This document shows positions 1-8,153 of a DNA stretch of 64,000 nt, piece after piece. Location of the stretch: positions 85,042-149,041 of IMG/VR virus record IMGVR_UViG_3300045988_109366; one strand, 5' to 3'. How positions within the stretch are numbered: position 1 is the first letter of the stretch; every line of letters starts with the position of its first letter. The translations under genes were made by a program, and so were the position numbers. Source of the DNA: a virus. The notes beneath the pieces were generated by a model, which was given only the letters and a program-made list of their open reading frames with translations, was not told where the DNA came from and made no database searches.

Positions 1-95
1 GAATCCGGAATCCTTAATGGATTTTATAAGCGTCCTATCATACCCGAATACCAATATCTTCACAATATCTCTTTCTTTCACAGTCCTTCTCGCCC

Positions 96-563
96 TCATA
101 ACATCCTAGCCATAAAATAAACAAACATAAAATCTATTCTCTCTTTGTTATCATCCATTCTATGCCCGGTAATTTCAAAAACAACCCTACGCTTTTCTAC
201 AGTCTGTATATTATCTAACTGAATAGCTATGTAAGGATATTTCATAACTTTCTCTCTATTGATGTTATTCAAAATAGCGTTGACATCTTGCCCGCGAAAA
301 TACATATTTACCCCTATGTAGCTGGCAACCAAAAGACATTCGTCTATTATCCCATCTGTATCGAATAACAATAACATATCATCCTTCTCGATAGTATATC
401 CCATATCAAGAATCTTGATACGTTTGCTCCCGTCCTTCTTATTAGCTATAAGAATCTCTATCATATCCTTATCGGTCGTAAGGATATAATACGCCTCATC
501 CTTTGTAATATTATCACGCAGATAAAGCAGCGCTTCATCTTGTAATTTCATAATTTCGTCCAT
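96..563 (-). CDS. hypothetical protein
   Basis: 155-aa ORF in the minus-strand gene array. No recognisable motif. Confidence 0.55.
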   Translation of the reverse strand: MDEIMKLQDEALLYLRDNITKDEAYYILTTDKDMIEILIANKKDGSKRIKILDMGYTIEKDDMLLLFDTDGIIDECLLVASYIGVNMYFRGQDVNAILNNINREKVMKYPYIAIQLDNIQTVEKRRVVFEITGHRMDDNKERIDFMFVYFMARML

Positions 564-588
564 ACTATTAGTATTTTATATTACCACT

Positions 589-656
589 CCAAAAAAAGAA
601 CGGCGGTAGACACCCGTGGCCTACCACGCCGTGACACCGCCGCCCGTTCCCATTGG
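589..656 (-). terminator. GC-rich hairpin, intrinsic-terminator-like (element A of the CCAA...TTGG-bounded family)
   Basis: Plus strand reads CCAAAAAAAGAACGGCGGT...ACCGCCGCCCGTTCCCATTGG. On the minus strand the stem GGCGGT/ACCGCC is followed by GTTCTTTTTTTGG, directly after the stop of ORF 659..988. Confidence 0.6.
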
Positions 657-658
657 TA

Positions 659-988
659 TTATTCTACCACCTCTAATTTCCCGTAATAAGGATAAAAACA
701 ACCGTCTCGATAAACCGAATATCTGAGCGTTTTATCCTTTGCTTCATAGATGGAAACACAACCGCTGTTATAAGCGTTGGATAGTTCTTTCGCTACAAAT
801 CCGCCTATTCGTTTATAGGTTTTAGGCGTATCACTCAACGGCCTGCCTACATATATTTTTACTCTCTTGCACTTCTTGTCGCCTACGTATATATCCTTTC
901 CACTAAGCTCCGTTAAATACATGAATCTCATATCAACCGATTTTAAATCCAACATTCCTCTATCTCTATCTCCATATGATCCGACCAA
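659..988 (-). CDS. hypothetical protein
   Basis: 109-aa ORF. Its 5' end overlaps ORF 943..1185, so the true start may be an internal Met. Confidence 0.45.
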   Translation of the reverse strand: MVGSYGDRDRGMLDLKSVDMRFMYLTELSGKDIYVGDKKCKRVKIYVGRPLSDTPKTYKRIGGFVAKELSNAYNSGCVSIYEAKDKTLRYSVYRDGCFYPYYGKLEVVE

Positions 989-1185
989 TCACATCTATCA
1001 ACGTCCTCGCCATCCTCAAAGTAATAGTAGGCCCATACCTGTACGCCTCCTACCTCTATATATCCATCACTTTTCCATTCTATCAACCCGTCTTGCCTTA
1101 CCACGTTGGTAGGCTCAGACCCTAGCGACAGCAGATTATTTACTATACTACCGCCAAATACGTTCCTTGATTCTTCTTTCGTCAT
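943..1185 (-). CDS. hypothetical protein
   Basis: 80-aa acidic ORF in the minus-strand array. Confidence 0.4.
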   Translation of the reverse strand: MTKEESRNVFGGSIVNNLLSLGSEPTNVVRQDGLIEWKSDGYIEVGGVQVWAYYYFEDGEDVDRCDWSDHMEIEIEECWI

Positions 1186-1217
1186 ATCAATATCAGATTT
1201 TTAATATTACACTAACG

Positions 1218-1288
1218 CCAAAGGGGGAACAGGGACGGACGACCAGCGGGGCCTACCCCACGCCATCGCCGCCCCCCGTTTCCCTTGG
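1218..1288. repeat. GC-rich palindromic element B (CCAAAGGGGGAAC...GTTTCCCTTGG)
   Basis: About 71 nt GC island in AT-rich DNA. Its termini are imperfect inverted repeats, and the inner hairpin is GGGG-CCTA-CCCC. Confidence 0.6.
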
Positions 1289-1433
1289 TTCCCTCCGCAT
1301 CACCCCCCATACTAATAAACAATATCCACCACCAATAACACCATACCCACCATCACTCACAACTGCCTTGCCTTGACGAGAAACTCCTACCACTTGCAAA
1401 CTTTTACATCTGATCGGAAGATACCCCTTGCTC

Positions 1434-1623
1434 GAAAGGCGTTTCCCTTGCTTGGTGTTTTTCCTCGCTTGGTGTTTTTCCCCTTGTTTGGAAAGGTTTT
1501 CCCTTGCTTGGAGGTGTTTCCCTTGTTTGGTGGTGTTTTTCTTGTTTGGTGTTTTTCCTTGCTTGGAAAGGTTTTTCTTGTTTGGAGGTGTTTTTTTCCT
1601 TGTTTGGAAATGTCCCATCAAGC
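1434..1623. repeat. Ten tandem degenerate 16-21 bp direct repeats (iteron-like)
   Basis: Units parsed contiguously: 1434-1454, 1455-1472, 1473-1489, 1490-1510, 1511-1529, 1530-1550, 1551-1566, 1567-1586, 1587-1607, 1608-1623. Consensus is about CCCTTGYTTGG(nn)GTGTTTTT. Confidence 0.85.
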
Positions 1624-1685
1624 AACCCCCACCCCCCTCGAAATCCTAAGACCTTCCGATACTTTGTTCCACGTGGAACGCCGAT

Positions 1686-1925
1686 TCAGTCTAGGATATC
1701 GAGGTCTTTGTTCTTGATTGCCTTATACACTTGCTTTATACAATAGATTGATAATAAAGCCAATAAAATAACTATGATTAAAGGGAGGGCGTCGCCCGTA
1801 GCTATAACATACCGCCCTAACTCAAACGCCATATACCCACAAAACAAGATAAGTACGAAATATATAAATATACCCATAAAAAATATACAATAAGTAAACA
1901 CGATTTTAAAACAACACTCAAACAA
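1686..1925 (-). CDS. possible small membrane protein
   Basis: 79-aa ORF with two long hydrophobic stretches. It is isolated in an otherwise ORF-poor region. Confidence 0.3.
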   Translation of the reverse strand: MFECCFKIVFTYCIFFMGIFIYFVLILFCGYMAFELGRYVIATGDALPLIIVILLALLSIYCIKQVYKAIKNKDLDILD

Positions 1926-2239
1926 TACAACAAATTGAGTATCAACAACATAATATATATCAACCCCTAGAGCTACCTCTAAGAGAAGACAAGCCTAGAT
2001 ATAGATAAAAAATATACAATAAGTACCGCCTATTATATACCTTTTAGGATCGATTCAAGCGCAAATCCATACATAAGGACGCAATTCACACGTCCGTATG
2101 GATATAGATATATACAAAATGATACATAATAAAGTATTTTACTTACACATTTATAATTAAGGCTTAAAATTTACCGCCTCAACACTTTTATGTGTAAGCA
2201 AAACATATGATTATGCTGTCATTTTGTAAAATTAGACAC

Positions 2240-2282
2240 AAAAAAAGCCCTTCCGTCTTATATCACTACAGTACAGAAGGGC
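2240..2282 (-). terminator. intrinsic terminator
   Basis: On the minus strand GCCCTTC...GAAGGGC is followed by TTTTTTT, just downstream of ORF 2315..2521. Confidence 0.6.
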
Positions 2283-2314
2283 ACAAACTTTAAAATCAAA
2301 TAAAAACAAACGAT

Positions 2315-2521
2315 CTATTGTCGTAATTTGTTTGCCATATAACTAACACGTTTCCGCCTACATTTATCAGAATCTCTACTACAATCTAATTTATTAGACT
2401 TGTATAGATCTTTGGTAAGTTCAACGTAAAATTCCATTTGAGACTTTCTTACAGCCTCTAAAGCCTTTTCTTTTTGAATGGATAATTTCTTATTCAAATT
2501 ATCAAACTTTTTTTTGTACAT
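2315..2521 (-). CDS. small charged/coiled-coil-like protein
   Basis: 68-aa ORF followed by its own hairpin and T-run. Confidence 0.45.
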   Translation of the reverse strand: MYKKKFDNLNKKLSIQKEKALEAVRKSQMEFYVELTKDLYKSNKLDCSRDSDKCRRKRVSYMANKLRQ

Positions 2522-2543
2522 AATCTATCCTTTTTTAATGGCA

Positions 2544-2631
2544 CCAATAAGAAACGGGAGACCGGGGACGACACGGCCGGCGTTATCGATATAACCAGCC
2601 GAACGCCCGCACGCCCCCCTATTTTCTTTGG
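2544..2631. repeat. GC-rich element C (CCAATAAGAAACGGG...CCCCTATTTTCTTTGG)
   Basis: About 88 nt GC island with purine-rich 5' and pyrimidine-rich 3' inverted termini, as in elements A, B and E. Confidence 0.5.
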
Positions 2632-3187
2632 TTTCGTCCCCTTGCCGACAACGAAGCCAACCAAATACGCACATACGTTGTCCGTGATACGTATCGACAA
2701 GGCGCACTTTGTACGTCAATTTAACCGCACAAAATACCCTTGTAAGGGTTGTTATTTACTATCCGTACACATGTTAGGTATTTAAGCAACCCTAACATAC
2801 GTCGTATTGATACATTAGCACGGAAATAACACCGTAATGCACTCCATGTGTGCTGCTCTCGCTACACATGGACATACGCCCTATACATGCGTATATACAC
2901 CAATATACCCCATGTTTTTACATGGCCTATCCGGTTGACCGGACGTATTAACCAGTCTTGATACATAGCCAAAAATAACGGCACGCCCCTGAACTAGGAG
3001 AACGCCTGATCACACTATTAGTCGGCAACCTATTTATACGAACTCTCGATACCCTACCGATTCGCATATCTATGTATCAATATGTTAAATATCTTATCTG
3101 TTTAGTCTAAATCAGTGGCACGGCGTGAACGTACAGATATCGCCACCATAATGCCCCTATATATAAAGATATAAGGACATCTTAATA

Positions 3188-3724
3188 TTATCTTACATTT
3201 TTATCGTGAGTAAGATAATAGGTGATACATTTGGCTATCAATGAAAACGAAAAATTCGTTATTTTAGTAGCCATTCGAGTAGATTTATATCTTTCATTAT
3301 TGTAAATAACGAAATAACCGCTTTTATCCTCAGAGTATTTAATAGGGGCACAATAGCCAAAAGCTTTATGTGTTGTGCCCAAAAGAATTTTCTGAGCTTG
3401 TTTTTCAGCTAACATTATTTTATTGTTGGCTGATTCATTTTCATCATTGTAAATCTTTTCTATTTCTATATATTGGCAAAATACGCCATCTATATTTGCA
3501 AGAATTTCTTTACAAATAGTAATAACCAATTCTTTATCTTTAGCCAAAGCGACTAAAGACGGGATAACATCTTTTGAAACTTCAATATTGTTTTCTTTGA
3601 TAATATCCATAACATCTTTTTTGCTATTAAACAATCTGCACCAAGATTTTATCGCACCCGTCAAAGTTTCAGACTCCGACTTTTTCACTGCATTTTGTAC
3701 TCGATTCAAATCTTTTGCTTTCAT
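3188..3724 (-). CDS. hypothetical protein (stand-alone transcription unit)
   Basis: 178-aa ORF with its own TATATTTG -7 box about 75 nt upstream. Flanked by long non-coding DNA. Confidence 0.6.
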   Translation of the reverse strand: MKAKDLNRVQNAVKKSESETLTGAIKSWCRLFNSKKDVMDIIKENNIEVSKDVIPSLVALAKDKELVITICKEILANIDGVFCQYIEIEKIYNDENESANNKIMLAEKQAQKILLGTTHKAFGYCAPIKYSEDKSGYFVIYNNERYKSTRMATKITNFSFSLIAKCITYYLTHDKNVR

Positions 3725-3800
3725 ATTAAATCGCCCTTGCCCTAGGGACTTGTATAGGCATCTAGCACGCCTCGTTTGTTAATATTGTTATCTCACATTG

Positions 3801-3808
3801 CAAATATA
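3801..3808 (-). promoter_or_regulatory. Bacteroidetes-type -7 box (TATATTTG on minus strand)
   Basis: Plus strand CAAATATA lies within ATTGCAAATATAAT. The same extended motif recurs at 13637, 34751 and, on the plus strand, 56744. Confidence 0.45.
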
Positions 3809-3971
3809 ATACATGTTTTATTTCCAAACAAATATTTTACAATAAAAATTCAACGATTATATATAATAAAACTAATCAAATGTAAATGTATATTAAAATA
3901 TTGATTTATATCATTGATAATCAACAATTTAAATCAAAAATAAGCATTCTTTTTTGGTTGGCTGGTCGTTT

Positions 3972-4058
3972 GCCGTTCCTTTTTCCCGCCCTTCGTGGAT
4001 TGGGGGGGCGGTCCAAAAAACGGCAGACCCCACGGCCCGATTTCGGGGAGGTGGTCCG
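3972..4058. repeat. GC-rich double hairpin (element D)
   Basis: GCCGTTCCTTTTTCCCGCCC pairs with GGGGGGGCGGTCCAAAAAACGGC. A second hairpin follows around CCCG-ATTT-CGGG. Confidence 0.55.
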
Positions 4059-4060
4059 TC

Positions 4061-4103
4061 CCTCATATCCCGCATATCCCTCATATCCCGCAATCCCTCA
4101 TAC
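4061..4103. repeat. Five tandem 8-9 bp units CCKCATATC
   Basis: The five units CCTCATATC, CCGCATATC, CCTCATATC, CCGCAATC and CCTCATAC are read directly from the sequence. Confidence 0.8.
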
Positions 4104-4238
4104 CTCTACATGTGATGCGCATCCCAACATATCCCTATCAAATCCATTCATCGTCCCCTCACGACCTTCTCATTAATTTTATTATATTTGCGATATAATA
4201 AAAACATAACATATTATGAATAAAGAAGTTGAATATAT

Positions 4239-4276
4239 GGGGGGGGGTATTTTAACCCTCAGATAAGGGGGGGGGG
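4239..4276 (+). promoter_or_regulatory. Two homopolymeric G tracts (G9 at 4239-4247, G10 at 4267-4276) immediately upstream of ATG 4278
   Basis: Counted directly. A similar G9 at 46494-46502 precedes gene 46521. Confidence 0.5.
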
Positions 4277-4277
4277 T

Positions 4278-4769
4278 ATGTTTAGGCGCAGGACTTCTTC
4301 CGGTAAGATCCACTACCGTGTTAATATAAACAAGAATATGTGTCTTGGCGTTGTAGATATATATATTGATAGGAAGCCATATCAACCTGGTTTTAACGGA
4401 TCTTATCTTGATATATATCGCGATAAGAAGATAAAAACTATAAGCATAAGTGGCCAGATATCATATCTAAATCCGAAAAATGAGTACAATGTTATTTTGG
4501 GCATAAGTGGAGGTATTATAGAGGGAACCCTTACGTATCAATATAATTCGGGTATGCATTGCGAGTTGGCTAATAAGGTGATATACGGGAATAGGATAAC
4601 TAATTTTGTTCCTGTAACGGAGATAGAAGATCCTGGGAAGATCATTAATTTCACTTACAGATCTGAATTACAGACTCAGGTTTTAGATGAAAGTCATGTA
4701 ACTTGGGATGGTGATTATATAAACGATAATTGTATAGTAACTGATCTTTGTTCGGGATGTGAATCTTAA
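4278..4769 (+). CDS. hypothetical protein (N-terminus MFRRR)
   Basis: 163-aa plus-strand ORF inside the minus-strand arm, followed by a GC hairpin and T-run. Confidence 0.55.
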   Translation: MFRRRTSSGKIHYRVNINKNMCLGVVDIYIDRKPYQPGFNGSYLDIYRDKKIKTISISGQISYLNPKNEYNVILGISGGIIEGTLTYQYNSGMHCELANKVIYGNRITNFVPVTEIEDPGKIINFTYRSELQTQVLDESHVTWDGDYINDNCIVTDLCSGCES

Positions 4770-4825
4770 GCCCATGGGAAAAGTTCTCGTGATAACTATC
4801 GAGTAACGGTAAGGATAGTGTAATT

Positions 4826-4894
4826 CCAAGGGAAGGAGGGAGACCTCGTCCTACCGGGCCTCCCCCGTCCTACCGGGCCTCCCGTTCTTTTTGG
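4826..4894 (+). terminator. GC-rich element E / intrinsic-terminator-like
   Basis: CCAAGGGAAGGAGGGAGACC, then two copies of CGTCCTACCGGGCCTCCC, then GTTCTTTTTGG. It lies downstream of the stop at 4769. Confidence 0.55.
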
Positions 4895-4958
4895 CTTCTC
4901 CCTGTCTTATCTTTGACCGGATATCAAAAATTCATATCTTTGGAACAAAACTACAATC

Positions 4959-5129
4959 ATGTTTGATGAAGATATCGAGAAGATAAATGTAAGGGATAGT
5001 ACGGTTATCCGCGACAACGAGATACATAAGATGTATGACGAGATACTTAATGAGCTAGGTGATTTGGCCACTGTCGTATCTATGAACTACGTGTATGGCA
5101 GGATAAAGGACAGTACTGGATTAAAGTAG
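4959..5129 (+). CDS. possible small protein (56 aa)
   Basis: Hand-translated ATG..TAG ORF below the track size cutoff (MFDEDIEKINVRD...). Same strand as 4278..4769. Confidence 0.3.
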   Translation: MFDEDIEKINVRDSTVIRDNEIHKMYDEILNELGDLATVVSMNYVYGRIKDSTGLK

Positions 5130-5318
5130 GATAATAAACCATACTAAAGTCGAGGATATATGATTAAAGACGTAATGGAGAGGGATATGATAAATGAGAT
5201 ATCCACGTTGTTTGTAATGATATTCACGTCAGGGTTGATGTTTGTCATGCCGATGTTAGATATAGAGTGTGATGATATTACTATCATAATAAGATCAGGA
5301 ATAATACTATCTTTTATG

Positions 5319-5867
5319 CTAACCATAATCCCGATCTTGCTTTCTTACGATATAAGGGATGAGATCATTGAGTTGATTGGTGATATAGACAGCCAGATCG
5401 TGGTAGGCACTTCGGTATATAAAACGAACCTGCCCACCGAAGCATTCCTCCCCATCATAATGCTTATGTGACTTACAGACCTTTACATCCCCTTTAGCCA
5501 GCTCGTTGAAGAAAGCGGCATTGTAAAGCATTCGATATTTATATAGTTCGTTAAATGTATGATATCCGTCGGATACGTTACCCATATCATCTTCATGTAA
5601 ATATGTTTTCTCAAAAATGTCCTGCTTGCAAGGATAAAACTCCCCGTTTACTCCCTTGATGATGTAATCACCTACATTGGCTTTCATAACACCTTCAAGG
5701 GTTTCTATACTACAATCAACAGAAGGAGGTATCCTATTATCATCGCCACCTTCCCTAATAACTTCTATTTTAACGCTATCACCAGCGAAATCCTTGATCT
5801 CATCATTATTAAAGCCTTTCCATTTTACGGCTTCTATCGCAATTGGTTTCTTTACATATCTATTCAT
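5319..5867 (-). CDS. conserved-looking phage protein, function unknown
   Basis: 182 aa. Segments GDYIIKGVNGEFYPCKQDIFEKTY and DGYHTFNELYKYRMLYNAAFF resemble motifs I recall from phage proteins of unknown function. Confidence 0.6.
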   Translation of the reverse strand: MNRYVKKPIAIEAVKWKGFNNDEIKDFAGDSVKIEVIREGGDDNRIPPSVDCSIETLEGVMKANVGDYIIKGVNGEFYPCKQDIFEKTYLHEDDMGNVSDGYHTFNELYKYRMLYNAAFFNELAKGDVKVCKSHKHYDGEECFGGQVRFIYRSAYHDLAVYITNQLNDLIPYIVRKQDRDYG

Positions 5868-5889
5868 AATTTTACGATTTAATATATTA

Positions 5890-6165
5890 TTATCTTTTGA
5901 TATACCTTTCTATAAGATCTATTGATAGTTTAGCTCCCAGCTCCTCCTCCAATAGGTTAAGGTAGTTCCGGTGCAGGCATCCGCCCCGCCCCACCTCCCT
6001 AAAGCCGGCCCCGTCCCGGATCCTGACCAGCCCTTTCCTTGGATCCATGTCGATCATATCCCGAAGCTCGTTCATGTTCTTAAACCTGTCTTCTATTACC
6101 TTAAATACATCGATCTTAGGTCTCTTATCCTTATCCTTGGACTTTATTTTAATTCTTCCACTCAT
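5890..6165 (-). CDS. hypothetical protein
   Basis: 91-aa basic ORF in the operon. Confidence 0.5.
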   Translation of the reverse strand: MSGRIKIKSKDKDKRPKIDVFKVIEDRFKNMNELRDMIDMDPRKGLVRIRDGAGFREVGRGGCLHRNYLNLLEEELGAKLSIDLIERYIKR

Positions 6166-6353
6166 ATCAATTATCCAGTGACTTTACATGTAATATGATT
6201 CATATTATTACCGCGATAAGCGCACATAGATACGTAGGGAGAATACACTCTTCCACATATCGGACATCTCCATCCCCACATAACAGGATTTGTTTGTTTG
6301 TCAATTTCTTTCAAGCCTTCATTAGTAGTGGATGATGTATTTTGTTTTCCATA

Positions 6354-6896
6354 TCATTCGTTATTTATCTTATCTGTACTTCCAAATCCATTATCCCCTC
6401 TATCAGACTTTCCAAGATCTTCTAATGACTTCACTTCTTCCCATACGATACGTTCCCTTCTACGAATAAGAAGTTGTGCTACTTTACCACCGACATTACA
6501 ATAATAAGGACTATGTCTATCCATTTTTCTGTGAACTATTATAATCTCCCCGCTATATCCTTCATCAATAGTAGCAGGGGCGTTTTGCATAATTAGCTCG
6601 CTATTAGTAAAACCACTACGTGGACGGATTTCCATCTCATAATCTTCAGGTATTGCTACATGTACACCAGTATGATATATGATTCTTCCATTATCAAGTT
6701 CTATATCCTTAACGAACAAATCCATACAAGCATCCTGTTTATGAGCGTATTCAGGTAGCTTAGCCCCCTCTTCTAGCCATATCTTGACCTTACACGTATC
6801 TATACCATCAAGTAACTCAACTGCCTCTTTATAGCTCATAGGTTGTTCTGAGGCTAATGAAATGGCTCTTGCCAATAAATCTTTAATCTTACTCAT
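6354..6896 (-). CDS. dut: dUTP diphosphatase (trimeric dUTPase family)
   Basis: Motifs RPRSG, IDEGYSGEI, AQLL and C-terminal RGDNGFGST are present in canonical order. Confidence 0.9.
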   Translation of the reverse strand: MSKIKDLLARAISLASEQPMSYKEAVELLDGIDTCKVKIWLEEGAKLPEYAHKQDACMDLFVKDIELDNGRIIYHTGVHVAIPEDYEMEIRPRSGFTNSELIMQNAPATIDEGYSGEIIIVHRKMDRHSPYYCNVGGKVAQLLIRRRERIVWEEVKSLEDLGKSDRGDNGFGSTDKINNE

Positions 6897-7642
6897 TTTA
6901 TCTTGTCTTTAAATTCTTTCCCCTTCGGACATTGTAATTTACATTCCTCACCACAAGCGGAACATTTGGGTCTCATTCCGGACACCCCTCTTCCCCCGTA
7001 CGGCCAGTAGGCGTAATCGCAGACGCTCCAGAACGCCTCCATCGCCTTTATCTTGGCATCGACGGTTATCTTCTCCTTAACCTTTTTCATGCTTTTCCTG
7101 AACTCGTCTTTCATATCCTTCCCCTCTATCTGTCTAGCCTTACGTCTCTCATTCCACCAATTATAGTAGAATTTGTCAGCCATCTTATAGGCTTCCGGAT
7201 CAAATTTATCACGGTGCAGGATAGGTGCGTCCTTGACCTTTCTCAAATTCCTGCCACAAACATAAGCAAGCCCGGCGTACGGAGGTATGTCCTTAGGATC
7301 AACCAACCCATCCGGTACGCAGTAGTAGAAGTAGTTGGGCCGGCCGTACCTGACCCAGTCCCCGGTCTCGTATAGGGCTTGCTTCCGGACCTCGAACCAG
7401 CCTTGCATTACTTGGTGCTTTTCCTGTTTCTCGAAATCCTTGTTATAGTCAGCAAGCGAGATCTTAACCTCAACCTCATAGGCGTACATGGATCTGGTTA
7501 TAGCCAGATAATCAGACTCCCAGTTATAGACATATAAGTTGTTTATAATCCATCTAGGGGATACCAAGAACTGTCTGTTAAGGATATCCAATATCCCTCT
7601 CTCAGTATATTCAGCACCTTTATTTGATCGCCGTGTTCCCAT
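6893..7642 (-). CDS. putative PD-(D/E)XK-type nuclease with Cys-rich C-terminus
   Basis: ESDYLAI...YEVEVKIS resembles a D...E.K nuclease core. The C-terminus carries CSACGEECKLQCPKG. The function call is weak. Confidence 0.55.
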   Translation of the reverse strand: MGTRRSNKGAEYTERGILDILNRQFLVSPRWIINNLYVYNWESDYLAITRSMYAYEVEVKISLADYNKDFEKQEKHQVMQGWFEVRKQALYETGDWVRYGRPNYFYYCVPDGLVDPKDIPPYAGLAYVCGRNLRKVKDAPILHRDKFDPEAYKMADKFYYNWWNERRKARQIEGKDMKDEFRKSMKKVKEKITVDAKIKAMEAFWSVCDYAYWPYGGRGVSGMRPKCSACGEECKLQCPKGKEFKDKIK

Positions 7643-7910
7643 CTCCTGTCAGAGGATTATTCCTATATCCTACCGCCATTATAGCATTACCTATCAACAT
7701 CCTCAACTTATCCATATCTTTATCATGGAACGAGAAACTGGTTAAGGTATATGACTTAGTAGCCTTCTCACAAGACCTTATCATCAACATAGCCACATAT
7801 TCCCCCATCATCTTTCCGTTCATAATATCAAGATCGATTATACCGTGATCTATTAGATCAACCACATCCCATCCTGCTGGTAGATACTTTTTTATCTGAT
7901 TAATATCCAT
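7620..7910 (-). CDS. hypothetical protein
   Basis: 96-aa ORF, first gene downstream of the tRNA cluster. Confidence 0.5.
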   Translation of the reverse strand: MDINQIKKYLPAGWDVVDLIDHGIIDLDIMNGKMMGEYVAMLMIRSCEKATKSYTLTSFSFHDKDMDKLRMLIGNAIMAVGYRNNPLTGDGNTAIK

Positions 7911-8077
7911 CCCAAATAGTTATTATAAATAGGAGGGTCGTGCTACCCTCCTATAGATTACACACGAAAAATAGAACTGAAAGCGATCTTAAGCACGTAA
8001 GATTTTATTGATTCCCGTAGGCTGTCTACCGGTTATCGTTAATTACCGTACGGGAATATGTTTAAGAAAACACCATG

Positions 8078-8153
8078 TGGGGAGTGGGGGAATCGAACCC
8101 TTATCCACGCTACGATTAGGAATCGTAAATTCTATCCGTTAAATTAACTCCCC
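8078..8153 (-). tRNA. tRNA-Arg (anticodon CCT), slightly non-canonical
   Basis: Hand fold gives a perfect 7-bp acceptor stem (GGGGAGT/ACTCCCC) and a D arm containing GG. The anticodon stem TACGA/TCGTA is perfect, with loop TTCCTAA, and the T loop is TTCGATT. The T stem has only 3 GC pairs and the variable region is about 8 nt. Confidence 0.65.

Noticed and set aside
1-81. Possible 5'-partial minus-strand ORF (GTG at 81..79, open to position 1) downstream of gene 96..563.
   Set aside because: Only 27 codons are visible, with a non-ATG start, which is too little evidence to call a gene.
1167-1746. Six overlapping track ORFs on both strands (for example 1253..1621 minus with KQGK-type repeats, and 1373..1717 plus).
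   Set aside because: All frames are open simply because the DNA is a T/G-rich tandem repeat and pyrimidine tract with few stop codons. The translations are low-complexity, so I treat the region as non-coding repeats. Proteomics could overturn this.
2494-2719. ORFs 2494..2700 and 2525..2719 (minus).
   Set aside because: Two overlapping frames run across GC element C, with Arg/Gly/Pro-rich translations and no start context.
3886-4385. ORFs 3886..4176, 3995..4198 (+) and 4182..4385 (-).
   Set aside because: They run through GC element D, the 9-bp repeats (giving the PHIPHIPHIP peptide) and the poly-G tracts, so they look like artefacts of the repeats.
5160-5471. Plus-strand 103-aa hydrophobic ORF following the 4278 and 4959 genes.
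   Set aside because: About 150 nt of its 3' half overlap the better-supported minus-strand gene 5319..5867. It may be real in a shorter form, but I cannot support it.
7990-8077. HDV-like (theta-type) ribozyme downstream of the phage tRNAs, as described for some gut phages.
   Set aside because: The sequence 3' of tRNA-Arg forms nested hairpins (TTCCCGTA...TACGGGAA), but I could not place the P1/P1.1/P2/P3 double-pseudoknot topology or a catalytic C by eye. This needs covariance-model scanning.
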